64,000 nt of DNA, taken from positions 19,146-83,145 of the forward strand of contig JBGSLH010000012.1 in the NCBI GenBank assembly GCA_041740795.1, read 5' to 3'. The position numbers and the translations under genes were made by a program. The notes below the pieces were generated by a model, which worked only from the letters and a program-made list of their open reading frames with translations, made no database searches and was not told where the DNA came from. How positions within the stretch are numbered: the first letter of the stretch is position 1; every line of letters starts with the position of its first letter. Source of the stretch: Minisyncoccia bacterium (GTDB lineage: Bacteria > Patescibacteriota > Minisyncoccia > Phycocordibacterales > JAACPR01). Positions 35,643-45,245 of the stretch are shown piece by piece.

Positions 35643-35867
35643 ATGATAAAAAAACATATTGAAAAAATAAGAACCCAGTCATATGCAGAAAAAAGTAACA
35701 AAGCATTTATCGGTTCACTCGTTCTCACGGGTCTTATTGCCACTTTGTGGTTTCTGACTATTTTTGCCAATCCTCAGGCGTATTTCAATCCTCAGCAAAA
35801 TAATGAAGCACAGAATCTTGCTAATTCAGGAAGCCTGTTCGACAGTGTTAAGGAAGGACTCAAATAG
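35643..35867 (+). CDS. Hypothetical single-TM protein
   Basis: ORF with one hydrophobic helix. No homology recognised. Confidence 0.4.
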   Translation: MIKKHIEKIRTQSYAEKSNKAFIGSLVLTGLIATLWFLTIFANPQAYFNPQQNNEAQNLANSGSLFDSVKEGLK

Positions 35868-35905
35868 TATAGATATTCACCCAACTTGTGATATAATTGC
35901 GCGAT

Positions 35906-38377
35906 ATGGCTAAAAAGAATCCCGAAAACACTCCCGACGAATCACAGAACAAGGGAACTCAGATCATCAATGCTCCCATCAGTGAAGAGATGAAACGGTC
36001 GTATCTCGACTATGCGATGTCAGTTATTACACAGCGTGCCCTCCCTGATGTACGCGACGGACTCAAGCCTGTACACCGACGAATTCTTTTTTCGATGCAC
36101 AAGAACGGTCTCAATTTCTATGCCAAATTCCGAAAGTCTGCAACCGTAGTTGGAGACGTGATCGGTTCGTATCATCCTCACGGAGATGTTGCTGTATACG
36201 AGGCGATGGTGAAGCTTGCACAACCATTTGCGACACGGTACCCGCTTATCATCGGACAGGGTAACTTCGGATCAATCGACGGAGATCCTGCTGCTGCACA
36301 CCGATATACAGAAGCCAAGATGAGCAAGATCTCGGGAGATATGATGAAGGATATCGAAAAAGATACGGTCATATTCAGGCCTAACTACGATTCCACCAAA
36401 AAAGAACCAACCGTTCTTCCTGCTGCTGTTCCCGCACTTCTTCTCAATGGTACGCTCGGTATTGCTGTAGGTATGGCATCCAACATTCCTCCTCATAACC
36501 TCAATGAGCTCATCGACGCGACTGTATACCTGATCGATAATCCCGACGCAACAAGCGAGGAGCTTTTTCAATTTGTACAAGGTCCAGACTATCCGACAGG
36601 AGGAGTTATTTTTAATCAGAAAGATATCCATCATGCATACCTACATGGGCGTGGAGGAGTTGTGTGTCGAGGTGAGGCCGAAATAATCGAACTTAAGACA
36701 GGGGCGACGCAGATCATTATTACCTCAGTTCCATATCGTGTGAACAAGGCAGAAATGATTACTCGAATTGCAGATCTTGTGAAGGATAAAAAACTTGAAG
36801 GGATCAAAGATATCAGGGATGAATCAACAGATGATATCCGAGTAGTAATCGATATCAAACCAAGTGCACATCCTCAAAACGTACTCAACTATATCTACAA
36901 GCATACTCAGCTCGAAGACACATTCCATTTCAATATGGTTGCGCTTGTGGACGGAGTTCCTCAAACTCTTTCACTCAAAGCCGCACTTCGAGAATTCGTC
37001 AAACATCGATTCGAAGTAGTTACCAAACGAACACGGTTTGATCTACAAAAGGCTCTAGATCGTGAGCACATTCTCCTTGGACTCAAAAAAGCTCTCGACC
37101 ATATCGATGAAGTTATTAAGTGTATTAGGGCATCAAAAGATACTCCAACTGCCCAACTTAACTTGATGAAACAATTCAAGTTTTCAGATAGACAAGCAGA
37201 CGCTATTTTGGAAATGAAACTTCAAAAACTTGCTGGTCTTGAACGAAAGAAGATTGAAGATGAACTTAAAATAATTCAAGCACTTATCAAAGAACTCAAA
37301 GAACTTCTTGAGAACGAAAAGAAGATGAAAGCTCTTGTAAAGAAAGAACTTGCAGAAGTTCAAGAAAAATATGGAGACGCTCGACGCACAAAAGTCATGA
37401 AACATGGCGTGAAAAATCTTTCTCAGGAAGACCTCATCCCTGATGATCCAACCGTACTCGTATTATCCAAGGGTGGATATATCAAGCGGACTGATCCGAC
37501 AGAATACAAGCAGCAACGACGAGGTGGAGTCGGTGTTGTCGACCTCAATACCAAGGAGGAGGACTTCGTACAGACATTTCTCAGTACGACCAATCACAGT
37601 GATCTTCTTTTTTTTACAGACAAAGGTAAAGTATATCAGCTCAAGACATACGAGATCCCAGAAGGCAAGCGGGCAACGCGAGGCAAGTCGATTGCGAACT
37701 TTCTCTCTATCGCGCAGGACGAACACATTACATCCATTCTTCCAATGCCAAAAGACATCAAAAAGTCTGACGGGCTCGCTGTCGTGATGGTAACTCGGCA
37801 AGGTGTGACCAAAAAAGTAGATGCACCAAGTTTCTATGATGTTAGACGAAATGGTATTATTGCAATCGGGCTCAAGGCTGAAGATGCACTTATCGAAGCA
37901 ATGTTCACGAACAAAAAAGATACTGTAGTAATTGCCAGCAAGAAGGGTCAATCGATTAGGTTCAAAGAATCTGATATTAGACAGATGGGACGGACAGCTG
38001 CAGGTGTTCGAGGATTCAATCTCAAAAAAGGAGACGAGGTCATTAGTGCAAGCGTTGTTTCAATAGAGTCAGTCAATCCACGCCTCTTTACATTCTCATC
38101 AAGAGGATACGGCAAGCAGACTGATCTTAAAGAATACAAAGTGCAGAACCGGGGAGGTTCGGGCATCAAGACCGCAAGCATTACCCCCAAAGTTGGTGAA
38201 CTTGTCGCAGGTAAGGTTATTACTGATGAATTCGAAGAAGTTGTAGCAATCTCAAAGAACGGACAGGTGATCAGGGTCGCACTCGGAGAAATTCCAAAAC
38301 TCGGAAGACAAACGCAAGGTGTTCGTGTGATGAAACTTCGAGAAGGAGATGAGATTGCATCGATTGTTTGTTTTTGA
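35906..38377 (+). CDS. gyrA: DNA gyrase subunit A
   Basis: [23 protein letters not shown]. Start moved to the ATG at 35906, 8 nt after TGaTATAAT. Confidence 0.95.
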   Translation: MAKKNPENTPDESQNKGTQIINAPISEEMKRSYLDYAMSVITQRALPDVRDGLKPVHRRILFSMHKNGLNFYAKFRKSATVVGDVIGSYHPHGDVAVYEAMVKLAQPFATRYPLIIGQGNFGSIDGDPAAAHRYTEAKMSKISGDMMKDIEKDTVIFRPNYDSTKKEPTVLPAAVPALLLNGTLGIAVGMASNIPPHNLNELIDATVYLIDNPDATSEELFQFVQGPDYPTGGVIFNQKDIHHAYLHGRGGVVCRGEAEIIELKTGATQIIITSVPYRVNKAEMITRIADLVKDKKLEGIKDIRDESTDDIRVVIDIKPSAHPQNVLNYIYKHTQLEDTFHFNMVALVDGVPQTLSLKAALREFVKHRFEVVTKRTRFDLQKALDREHILLGLKKALDHIDEVIKCIRASKDTPTAQLNLMKQFKFSDRQADAILEMKLQKLAGLERKKIEDELKIIQALIKELKELLENEKKMKALVKKELAEVQEKYGDARRTKVMKHGVKNLSQEDLIPDDPTVLVLSKGGYIKRTDPTEYKQQRRGGVGVVDLNTKEEDFVQTFLSTTNHSDLLFFTDKGKVYQLKTYEIPEGKRATRGKSIANFLSIAQDEHITSILPMPKDIKKSDGLAVVMVTRQGVTKKVDAPSFYDVRRNGIIAIGLKAEDALIEAMFTNKKDTVVIASKKGQSIRFKESDIRQMGRTAAGVRGFNLKKGDEVISASVVSIESVNPRLFTFSSRGYGKQTDLKEYKVQNRGGSGIKTASITPKVGELVAGKVITDEFEEVVAISKNGQVIRVALGEIPKLGRQTQGVRVMKLREGDEIASIVCF

Positions 38378-38391
38378 CATATTTTGACATA

Positions 38392-38422
38392 TTTTTCTTA
38401 TGAGCGAAGCGAATTAGAAAAA
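38392..38422 (+). other. Conserved GAGC-GAA-GCGA hairpin, copy A
   Basis: TTTTTCT/AGAAAAA basal stem around TATGAGCGAAGCGAATTAG. The same 19-mer occurs at 53429-53447. Confidence 0.65.
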
Positions 38423-38428
38423 TAGAAA

Positions 38429-38484
38429 CGTCGAAAAAAATGCACCTATACAATTATAATTGTATAGGTGCATTTTTTTCGACG
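38429..38484. terminator. 56-nt perfect palindrome after gyrA
   Basis: CGTCGAAAAAAATGCACCTATACAATT-AT-AATTGTATAGGTGCATTTTTTTCGACG. Confidence 0.65.
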
Positions 38485-38537
38485 CAATTATCACCAATTA
38501 AAGTGACAGTTCGCTAATATCGGATATAATAATCTAC

Positions 38538-39065
38538 ATGTTTAGCACCCCTTCAACATGTCTTTCTCAATTTCATATCGAACCCGGAATGGTCGTTGCA
38601 GATTTGGGTTGTGGAATGGGTGCATACACTTTTGAAATTACTTCTCGTGTCACAACGATGGGCAAAGTCATCGCTGTCGACGTACAAAAAAATCTTGTCG
38701 AGTCTCTCTCTACTGAGTGTAAGTATCGAAAAATGCACAACGTATCAGTGGTGTGGGATGATATGGACGATACAAACGGAATTGCCTTGCAGGATTCTTC
38801 TGTCGATCGTGTTGTCATTGCCAATACACTTTTCCAGCTTGATGATATTCAAAAATTTGCGAGTGAAGTTAAGCGAATTCTTAAACCAAAAGGTTTGGCA
38901 CTTATTGTTGATTGGGCAGAATCATTTGGAGGAATAGGTCCAACACCGCAACAAGTAATCAGTGAGGCGCGTGCGCGCGAAACCTTCGCAAAAGTCCAGT
39001 TGTTCACAGTCAAAAGTATCAACGCAGGTGAACATCACTACGGATTTGTAGTACAATCTACATAA
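38538..39065 (+). CDS. Class I SAM-dependent methyltransferase
   Basis: VADLGCGMGAYT motif I. TATAAT box 7 nt before the ATG. Confidence 0.75.
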   Translation: MFSTPSTCLSQFHIEPGMVVADLGCGMGAYTFEITSRVTTMGKVIAVDVQKNLVESLSTECKYRKMHNVSVVWDDMDDTNGIALQDSSVDRVVIANTLFQLDDIQKFASEVKRILKPKGLALIVDWAESFGGIGPTPQQVISEARARETFAKVQLFTVKSINAGEHHYGFVVQST

Positions 39066-39068
39066 GAC

Positions 39069-40391
39069 ATGAAAAATATAAATATTATCCAAGTAGTTCT
39101 GATCGGCGTTTCTATTGTTGCAATTGTCGCCGCTGTAATCATGTTCTCTCTCTATACTGGTCGAGGTGGTGCATCCAAAAATGGTACGGTCGTTCTATGG
39201 GGAACTATCCCTTCCGCTGACTTCGACGGAGTCCTCCGTGAACTCGAAGGAGAACAGGTTCCGATAGAAGGACTAGAATATGTGGAAAAGGATGCTGCTA
39301 CTATGGATGACGAGTTACTCAAGGCAATTGCTGAAGGTCGAGGACCTGATCTTGTATTGTTTAACGAAAAGCAAGTTATCAACAATCAGAACCGTATGCA
39401 GATAATTCCGTTCTCATCTTTTCCACTTCGAAGCTATCAGGACCTCTTCTTGGATGAGTCTTCACTTCTTGTCACAGAAGAAGGTCTGCTTGGATTCCCG
39501 TTCCTTGTTGACCCTTTGATCATGTACTACAACAAAGATCTTTTGAGCAATGCTGGATTTTCAAAACCTCCGCAGACGTGGACCGAAGTCCTTGCGCTTG
39601 CACCGACTCTCACAGAAAAGGATTCATCTTTTAATATTTCAAAAAGCACCATCGCGCTCGGATCGTTCGACAACATCACAAATGCCAAAGACATCTTTTG
39701 GACACTTGTCTTGCAAGCGGGCAATCCTGTCATTAAGCGAGCGGTTAATCCTCAGACACAGGAGCGCATTTATCAATCTATACTAAACGAAAATCTGAAC
39801 TTTACGCTCAATCCTGCATACGCGGCAACTAATTTTTTTACTCAGTTCTCTAATCCGACCAAGACCGTATACTCATGGAACAGGTCACTTCCGAGCTCGC
39901 AGACATTTTTTACGTCAGGAGACCTTGTGTTCTATATCGGCTTTGCTTCCGAACTTGATACAATCAAGCGACTCAATCCGAATCTAAATTTTGATATTGC
40001 ACTTATCCCACAATCGCAGAGCAGTACACGCAAAGTCACATATGGATCAATGTATACACTTGCAGTACCACGTTCGACTTCTAACTTGACCGGTGCGATA
40101 AATGTAATTGCAGCACTTACGTCACAAGACGTGCAGACTCGTTTTGCCAAAAAACTTTCAATTGCACCTGTGCGTAAGGACCTGCTTGCAACTTCGGATG
40201 TGACAAGTCAGTACGAGAGTGTTTTCAATCGATCTGCAATCATGGCGCAAGGAATTCTCGAACCCGAAGGCGCTGCGACAAGTCTCATTATCAAAGAGCT
40301 GATCGACACCGTCGTGTCAGGTCAGTACGAGATAAGTGACGCCTTGACTCGTGCTCATGAAAAATTATCACTGTTGCTTCCATATGAATAA
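39069..40391 (+). CDS. ABC-type extracellular solute-binding protein (family 1-like), TM-anchored
   Basis: N-terminal TM plus a ~400-aa SBP-like domain. No permease or ATPase gene adjacent. Confidence 0.65.
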   Translation: MKNINIIQVVLIGVSIVAIVAAVIMFSLYTGRGGASKNGTVVLWGTIPSADFDGVLRELEGEQVPIEGLEYVEKDAATMDDELLKAIAEGRGPDLVLFNEKQVINNQNRMQIIPFSSFPLRSYQDLFLDESSLLVTEEGLLGFPFLVDPLIMYYNKDLLSNAGFSKPPQTWTEVLALAPTLTEKDSSFNISKSTIALGSFDNITNAKDIFWTLVLQAGNPVIKRAVNPQTQERIYQSILNENLNFTLNPAYAATNFFTQFSNPTKTVYSWNRSLPSSQTFFTSGDLVFYIGFASELDTIKRLNPNLNFDIALIPQSQSSTRKVTYGSMYTLAVPRSTSNLTGAINVIAALTSQDVQTRFAKKLSIAPVRKDLLATSDVTSQYESVFNRSAIMAQGILEPEGAATSLIIKELIDTVVSGQYEISDALTRAHEKLSLLLPYE

Positions 40392-40866
40392 AATAAAATA
40401 CATCAGCATACTCGTTCTTTTTTTGCTTACAATTGCTCCAACATTTTCTTATGGTGCCGCACCAACACAGGCTGAACTCGAGACTCCAACTGGTGCAGGA
40501 ACGAGCAAAGAAGATCCGTTGGTCAAGTGTGGAACAGGAGAAAGTAAGATTGACCCGACGACAGGAAAAGATCTGAGTGCTTGTGACGAGGATGATATCA
40601 ATGTTCTCCTGCAAGCAAGTCTGAATCTTGTATTTATTTTTGTAGGATTCATTGTGGCTGGGATGTTCATGTATGCAGGATTCCTGATGATTACGGCACA
40701 AGGTAATGTAAGTCAAATCCAAAAGGCCAAGGATGTGTTCAGGCGTGTTGTTATTGGATTTTTGATTATGTTCTTGTCATATGTGATAGTAAAAAATCTA
40801 CTCGAGAATATTGGTGCATTTGAGAATAGTGGTACACGGGAATTCTTTATAAAATTATTTAAATAA
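40384..40866 (+). CDS. VirB2/TrbC-like (T4SS-pilin-like) small membrane protein, paralog 1 of 6
   Basis: Signal peptide, then two C-terminal TM helices around a basic loop (FMYAGFLMITAQGNVSQIQKAKD). ATGA overlap with the SBP stop. Confidence 0.65.
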   Translation: MNKIKYISILVLFLLTIAPTFSYGAAPTQAELETPTGAGTSKEDPLVKCGTGESKIDPTTGKDLSACDEDDINVLLQASLNLVFIFVGFIVAGMFMYAGFLMITAQGNVSQIQKAKDVFRRVVIGFLIMFLSYVIVKNLLENIGAFENSGTREFFIKLFK

Positions 40867-40867
40867 T

Positions 40868-41212
40868 ATGAAAAAATATCTTTCAATCAGTACCTTCATC
40901 ACATCACTGTGCGTACCAATTGGATCAGTGCTTGCAGTTGCTCCGACAGCGATCGAACTTGTGAATCCAAGTAAATTCGATTCTGTTGCGACAATCCTCA
41001 AGGCATTCTTTGAAATCCTTGTGCAACTCGGGGCAGTTGCTGTGACGCTCGCGATCGTGTATGCAGGATTTTTGTTCGTGATGGCGCGCGGTAATCCTGA
41101 ACAACTTAACAAGGCCAAGATGACACTGTTTTGGACAATAATTGGAGGGCTCGTATTGCTTGGGGCGCAGGTGATCGCCAATATTATTCAGAATACTGTT
41201 GAAAAATTATAG
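40868..41212 (+). CDS. VirB2/TrbC-like small membrane protein, paralog 2
   Basis: Signal peptide, VYAGFLFVMARGNPEQLNKAKMTLFWTIIGG. Confidence 0.65.
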   Translation: MKKYLSISTFITSLCVPIGSVLAVAPTAIELVNPSKFDSVATILKAFFEILVQLGAVAVTLAIVYAGFLFVMARGNPEQLNKAKMTLFWTIIGGLVLLGAQVIANIIQNTVEKL

Positions 41213-41215
41213 TGT

Positions 41216-41635
41216 ATGGAAAAATCACTCATTGGACTCTTTGAAATATTACGAACGCTCATCAAGGGTGGTACAACTATAGTTATTGCACTAGCTACTG
41301 TTGGGTTTTTGTGGGGGATAGTCAAAATTCTTTTTAATTCTGACAATGAACTGGTCAAAAAGGAGGGAAGAAGCTTCATGCTTTATGGTGTCATCACACT
41401 GTTTGTGATGACATCACTTTGGAGTCTGGTGAATCTTCTTTCTGATACAATTATTCCAGAATCGGCAGCCAGTGGTCAAAATAAAAACAACAATCAGAAA
41501 GGCAACAATAATTACTTGGGAGATGTGAACGACCAATCATCAACGGGTTCAGGTACAAGACGTCCGGCTGCGCCACCACCGCCTCCAGATCTGGACAAGA
41601 TGTTCAAAAACCAGAATGAAGAGCGCGCAACATAA
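41216..41635 (+). CDS. VirB2/TrbC-like small membrane protein, paralog 3
   Basis: VGFLWGIVKILF..KKEGRSFMLYGVITLFVMTSLWSLV, with a Pro-rich tail. Confidence 0.6.
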   Translation: MEKSLIGLFEILRTLIKGGTTIVIALATVGFLWGIVKILFNSDNELVKKEGRSFMLYGVITLFVMTSLWSLVNLLSDTIIPESAASGQNKNNNQKGNNNYLGDVNDQSSTGSGTRRPAAPPPPPDLDKMFKNQNEERAT

Positions 41636-41643
41636 AATTCACC

Positions 41644-42048
41644 ATGTTAAAAAAATATATACTCAAAATACAAATACTCTCACTCATGCTATTTTTGTAT
41701 GCTCAGCAGATAATTGAGGCCTCAGAGCATGGTAAGGGCACTGGTGGTGGTAAAAATATTGGAAATTTGAACAACAAGACTATGCAGGAATTCGTGACGG
41801 ACTTCATTTGGCTTATTAGTAAGTATACACTTACGCTTCTTGTTGCATTGACCGTACTTACGTTCCTGTACGGATTAATGAAGTATATGTTCAAGGGACA
41901 AGGAAGCGACACTGCACGTTCAGAGGGACGCACACTCATGCTCTGGGGGATCATTGGATTGTTCGTGATGACATCGGTATGGGGACTTGTTAGTATTCTT
42001 GCAAGTGTCGTTGGACATACCGGAGTTGGAGTTCCTCAATTTAAATAA
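41644..42048 (+). CDS. VirB2/TrbC-like small membrane protein, paralog 4
   Basis: Signal peptide, RSEGRTLMLWGIIGLFVMTSVWGLV. Confidence 0.6.
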   Translation: MLKKYILKIQILSLMLFLYAQQIIEASEHGKGTGGGKNIGNLNNKTMQEFVTDFIWLISKYTLTLLVALTVLTFLYGLMKYMFKGQGSDTARSEGRTLMLWGIIGLFVMTSVWGLVSILASVVGHTGVGVPQFK

Positions 42049-42123
42049 CATTTATCCACATCTGCATAAAAATGATGTGAGTAAGTGATATAATAAAACA
42101 ACATTAATAATAGTAATAAAAAT

Positions 42124-42486
42124 ATGAAAAAAGTTTTACAAAAAATTTCAGTGGCATCAGTTGGATTCCTTACTCCAGCTCTTGTGTTCGCAGAACAAGG
42201 TTTAAATACAAGTGGACTTCAGGGTCTTTCAGAAAAGCTTTATAACCTTATTAGCAGTGTGATCCCTGTTCTTATTGCGCTTGGAGTGGTTGGATTCATG
42301 TGGGGTATCGTGCTCTATCTCTTCGGGAAAAACAAGGACGAAGGAAAAATGTTCATGCTCTGGGGGATCATCGCACTTTTTGTGATGACATCGGTATGGG
42401 GACTCGTAGGAATTCTTCGAGGAACCCTGTTTGATGGTACAGATAATGCGAGAAATGTACCTTTGCCACCATATCAGAGAAATTAA
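42124..42486 (+). CDS. VirB2/TrbC-like small membrane protein, paralog 5
   Basis: Signal peptide, DEGKMFMLWGIIALFVMTSVWGLV. About 85 percent nucleotide identity to paralog 4 over ~64 nt. Confidence 0.6.
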   Translation: MKKVLQKISVASVGFLTPALVFAEQGLNTSGLQGLSEKLYNLISSVIPVLIALGVVGFMWGIVLYLFGKNKDEGKMFMLWGIIALFVMTSVWGLVGILRGTLFDGTDNARNVPLPPYQRN

Positions 42487-42507
42487 TTTTGAAGCTTATT
42501 AATCAGC

Positions 42508-42780
42508 ATGGATGAATTCTTTGAGAAGGCGGTACAGGCCATTATCAACCCGATGATCCAGGTATTCTTCGCGGTAGCTCTTGTTATATTTGTCTACGGA
42601 ATATTCGAGTTCGTACGTGGTGCCGACAATCCCGAGGTGCGCAAGACTGGTCAACAACACATGCTGTACGGACTCATTGGGCTTGCGATCATGATCTCCG
42701 TCTTCACAATCATCCGCATCCTACTCAACACACTGGGACTTTCGGGAGATGAGATTCCTGCAATCCTCAAAAAAAACTAA
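42508..42780 (+). CDS. VirB2/TrbC-like small membrane protein, paralog 6
   Basis: VIFVYGIFEFVRGADNPEVRKTGQQHMLYGLIGLAIMISV. Confidence 0.55.
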   Translation: MDEFFEKAVQAIINPMIQVFFAVALVIFVYGIFEFVRGADNPEVRKTGQQHMLYGLIGLAIMISVFTIIRILLNTLGLSGDEIPAILKKN

Positions 42781-42886
42781 TCATATTGCATAAAGACAAC
42801 CGCGCCTTCTGCGCGGTTTTGTCTTTTATAAAGAAAGCCCCTGCCACATGAAGTGGAAGGGGCTTGATCGGTTTGAGTTAGAATGA

Positions 42887-43453
42887 TCATCTTGGCCAGT
42901 TGGGGATGAAGCGGGCGGTGTGAACCGTCGCTTTGTCCTCGTCATAGACAAACGTGATATCGAATCCTCCTTGACTGTTGTAGGTCATAGAGGTAACAGT
43001 TGCAGTAGTGAGTGAGCTACTGATAACGTCGCGAGGATCATCCCCGAACGTCAACTTGATCCTGAATCGTAGAGGACGTTCCTCGCGGAGCGTGCCATAC
43101 TTTTTCACAGGATCTAGACCGATTGTCGCTCTAAATGTTCCGTCCCCACTGTTGATGGGAACATTACACTCGAGGACAAGCAGTGAGTTCGAAGCCGACT
43201 TCACGTGATACAGAACTGACGAGACATATCCTTTGGAGTCCGTCGGGTCAGTGTAGCATGTGTAGGTGGGGGCGAACTTGATTTTCTCAGTTTCGGATTC
43301 GGATTGAGATGTGTTCGAAACTCGCTTTTCATTTGCAAGACGTGCAGGTTTCGAATCATTCCAATCTTTGATACCCATGCCGATTCCGGTGATGAACACG
43401 ACAAGTGCCAACATTCTTACAAAGCTGAACTTTCTTTTTTTGTCTTTATCCAT
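42887..43453 (-). CDS. Hypothetical membrane-anchored or secreted protein
   Basis: N-terminal basic region plus a TM. No domain recognised. Confidence 0.5.
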   Translation of the reverse strand: MDKDKKRKFSFVRMLALVVFITGIGMGIKDWNDSKPARLANEKRVSNTSQSESETEKIKFAPTYTCYTDPTDSKGYVSSVLYHVKSASNSLLVLECNVPINSGDGTFRATIGLDPVKKYGTLREERPLRFRIKLTFGDDPRDVISSSLTTATVTSMTYNSQGGFDITFVYDEDKATVHTARFIPNWPR

Positions 43454-43462
43454 GGTCGTACG

Positions 43463-44566
43463 TTACGGTTGTGTTGGTGGCGTTGATGAAGGTAATGTCG
43501 AAGCTTGTCCAGGAAGAGACTGCTGCACGGGGGCAGAAGTCGACTTGTGTCCAAGAACCAGTTGTGCAAGTTGCAACACTATTCCACCGATACCATTGAT
43601 TGTTTCTCTGCCGACATTGGAGGTGTCCGATGTTGTTGCTTCGCTGATATGTCCTGAAGCAAGTTGTGATGCTCTGAATACAAATTGGGGAGTAACGGTT
43701 GGATCCACTTTGCTTGTGTTTGCTGCAGTGGTTCTTGCGTTCTCCATCATGACTTCAATGCCGTTTGCCTTGTCTCGTGCAATGTTAACAACATCTGGCG
43801 AGTCCATGTCACCGACAGAAAACGTATCAACAAGTACTCCATACTGCTCTATGGTTGGATGTTTCTCTAATTCCCTATACACATCTATACCAATGCTAAT
43901 GACGTCTCCAATTACTTCATCAATCATGTCAATTGGATTACTTGGGTTGTTTTTGGCACTTTCGGCTGTTCGCTTTGAAATCACATATTCCAATACCTTT
44001 TGAACAATTCCCTTGATATTTTTTGTGACAACTGTTTTTCTGCCTGTTGAGCCCGAATCGGTCTCGTCACCCAAGAGATGAAGAGGAAGTAAGTGATGAC
44101 GTGCTGGCTTGGTCGTTCCTAATGCAGAAACAATCAAATCATATCCGCAAGCCGAAACACGGTACTTCTCTACTTCGAAATCCCATCTGATGTCGTACTT
44201 CCATGCCTCTTTCCATTTTGCAAAAATAGGAAGCACGATATGGAACCCGCCATCAAGCTTGAGAGCGAAGTTGAATCCTGGAATCATGATCTGGACAAAC
44301 TGCACAGATCCAGGATCAACCCGGAAAACATGCTGTTTGCTCTTGAGTAGGCTGTCGAGCACAAGCATGCTGATAACGAAGCCGACTGCACCATAGCTTA
44401 TCCAAGGCGAGAGATCTGTATCTCGCAATTCAAACCAAAGTTTGTTGGACACTATCCCTAGAAATCCTGGGATAATTATTCCAAAAACAATCACATACAC
44501 GATGATACTGAAAATGGTCCAGCCGATGCCGGCCCACTCTGGTTCGTCTCTGTCTTCTGTTTTCAT
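43463..44566 (-). CDS. Membrane protein with a possible SPFH/band-7-like domain
   Basis: Two N-terminal TM segments, FRVDPGSVQFVQ..GGFHIVLPIF, and later GVLVDTFSVGDMDSPDVVNIARDKANG. Confidence 0.5.
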   Translation of the reverse strand: MKTEDRDEPEWAGIGWTIFSIIVYVIVFGIIIPGFLGIVSNKLWFELRDTDLSPWISYGAVGFVISMLVLDSLLKSKQHVFRVDPGSVQFVQIMIPGFNFALKLDGGFHIVLPIFAKWKEAWKYDIRWDFEVEKYRVSACGYDLIVSALGTTKPARHHLLPLHLLGDETDSGSTGRKTVVTKNIKGIVQKVLEYVISKRTAESAKNNPSNPIDMIDEVIGDVISIGIDVYRELEKHPTIEQYGVLVDTFSVGDMDSPDVVNIARDKANGIEVMMENARTTAANTSKVDPTVTPQFVFRASQLASGHISEATTSDTSNVGRETINGIGGIVLQLAQLVLGHKSTSAPVQQSLPGQASTLPSSTPPTQP

Positions 44567-44687
44567 TCTAACTTGTCAAAGAACTCGGTTTCCTCATGTC
44601 GCGTTGCCTGCTCACCTGAGCAGTAGGTCAATTCCCTAGGGAATTGACCGCAGACGTGACATTCGGGAGTTCAAACTTTCTGATGGC

Positions 44688-44720
44688 ATATTAGCACATA
44701 TTATGTAAAAAGTCAAGTAT
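44688..44720 (-). promoter_or_regulatory. Sigma70-type promoter (TTGACT-N17-TAATAT) with an ACATAATATGT palindrome
   Basis: Minus strand ATACTTGACTTTTTACATAATATGTGCTAATAT, near-identical to 54131-54162. Confidence 0.5.
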
Positions 44721-44766
44721 GAAGAATAGAAAAAAGCTCTGAAAATAAAGGGAATATGGGGTGCTG

Positions 44767-44839
44767 TGCGCCCACTTGGATTCGAACCAAGGACCATCCG
44801 CTTAAGAGGCGGGTGCTCTACCAGCTGAGCTATAGGCGC
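44767..44839 (-). tRNA. tRNA-Lys (CUU)
   Basis: Acceptor GCGCCTA/TGGGCGC, anticodon loop CTCTTAA, T-loop TTCGAAT. Confidence 0.85.
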
Positions 44840-44882
44840 ATGTATGTGGGAACGGTATGTGGCAGATTGTACGCTGCCCATG

Positions 44883-44964
44883 TGCTCGGGACGGGGGTCG
44901 AACCCGTATCCCTTACGGGACAAAATTTTAAGTCTTGCGCGTATACCAATTCCGCCACCCGAGC
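44883..44964 (-). tRNA. tRNA-Leu (UAA)
   Basis: Acceptor GCTCGGG/CCCGAGC, anticodon loop CTTAAAA, long variable arm. Confidence 0.85.
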
Positions 44965-45067
44965 AAGGTATTGCTATAGTATCAAATAAAAAGATAAAAT
45001 CAAAAGGAAATGATGGGACTTGAAAATAATGACGGTAACGCAATGCGGTACCGTCATTATTTTCAAT

Positions 45068-45163
45068 GTGGTCGACTCTGCTAAGCCTTTTGTCGCTAGG
45101 TAGCTCCAGAAGTCTAAGCGTCGCGACATCATGAATGTATAGATCCTTATCCTTAAATTTCTG
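45068..45163 (-). repeat. tRNA-trailer repeat, copy 2
   Basis: Starts directly after the tRNA-Leu(UAG) discriminator base. 48 of its first 49 nt are identical to 16280-16328. Ends in GTCGACCAC. 3 nt longer than copy 1. Confidence 0.8.
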
Positions 45164-45245
45164 TGCCGAGGAGAGGACTTGAACCTCCATGGGTCACCCC
45201 GCTTGCTCCTAAGGCAAGTGCGTATACCAATTTCGCCACCTCGGC
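45164..45245 (-). tRNA. tRNA-Leu (UAG)
   Basis: Acceptor GCCGAGG/CCTCGGC, anticodon loop CTTAGGA, long variable arm. Confidence 0.85.
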
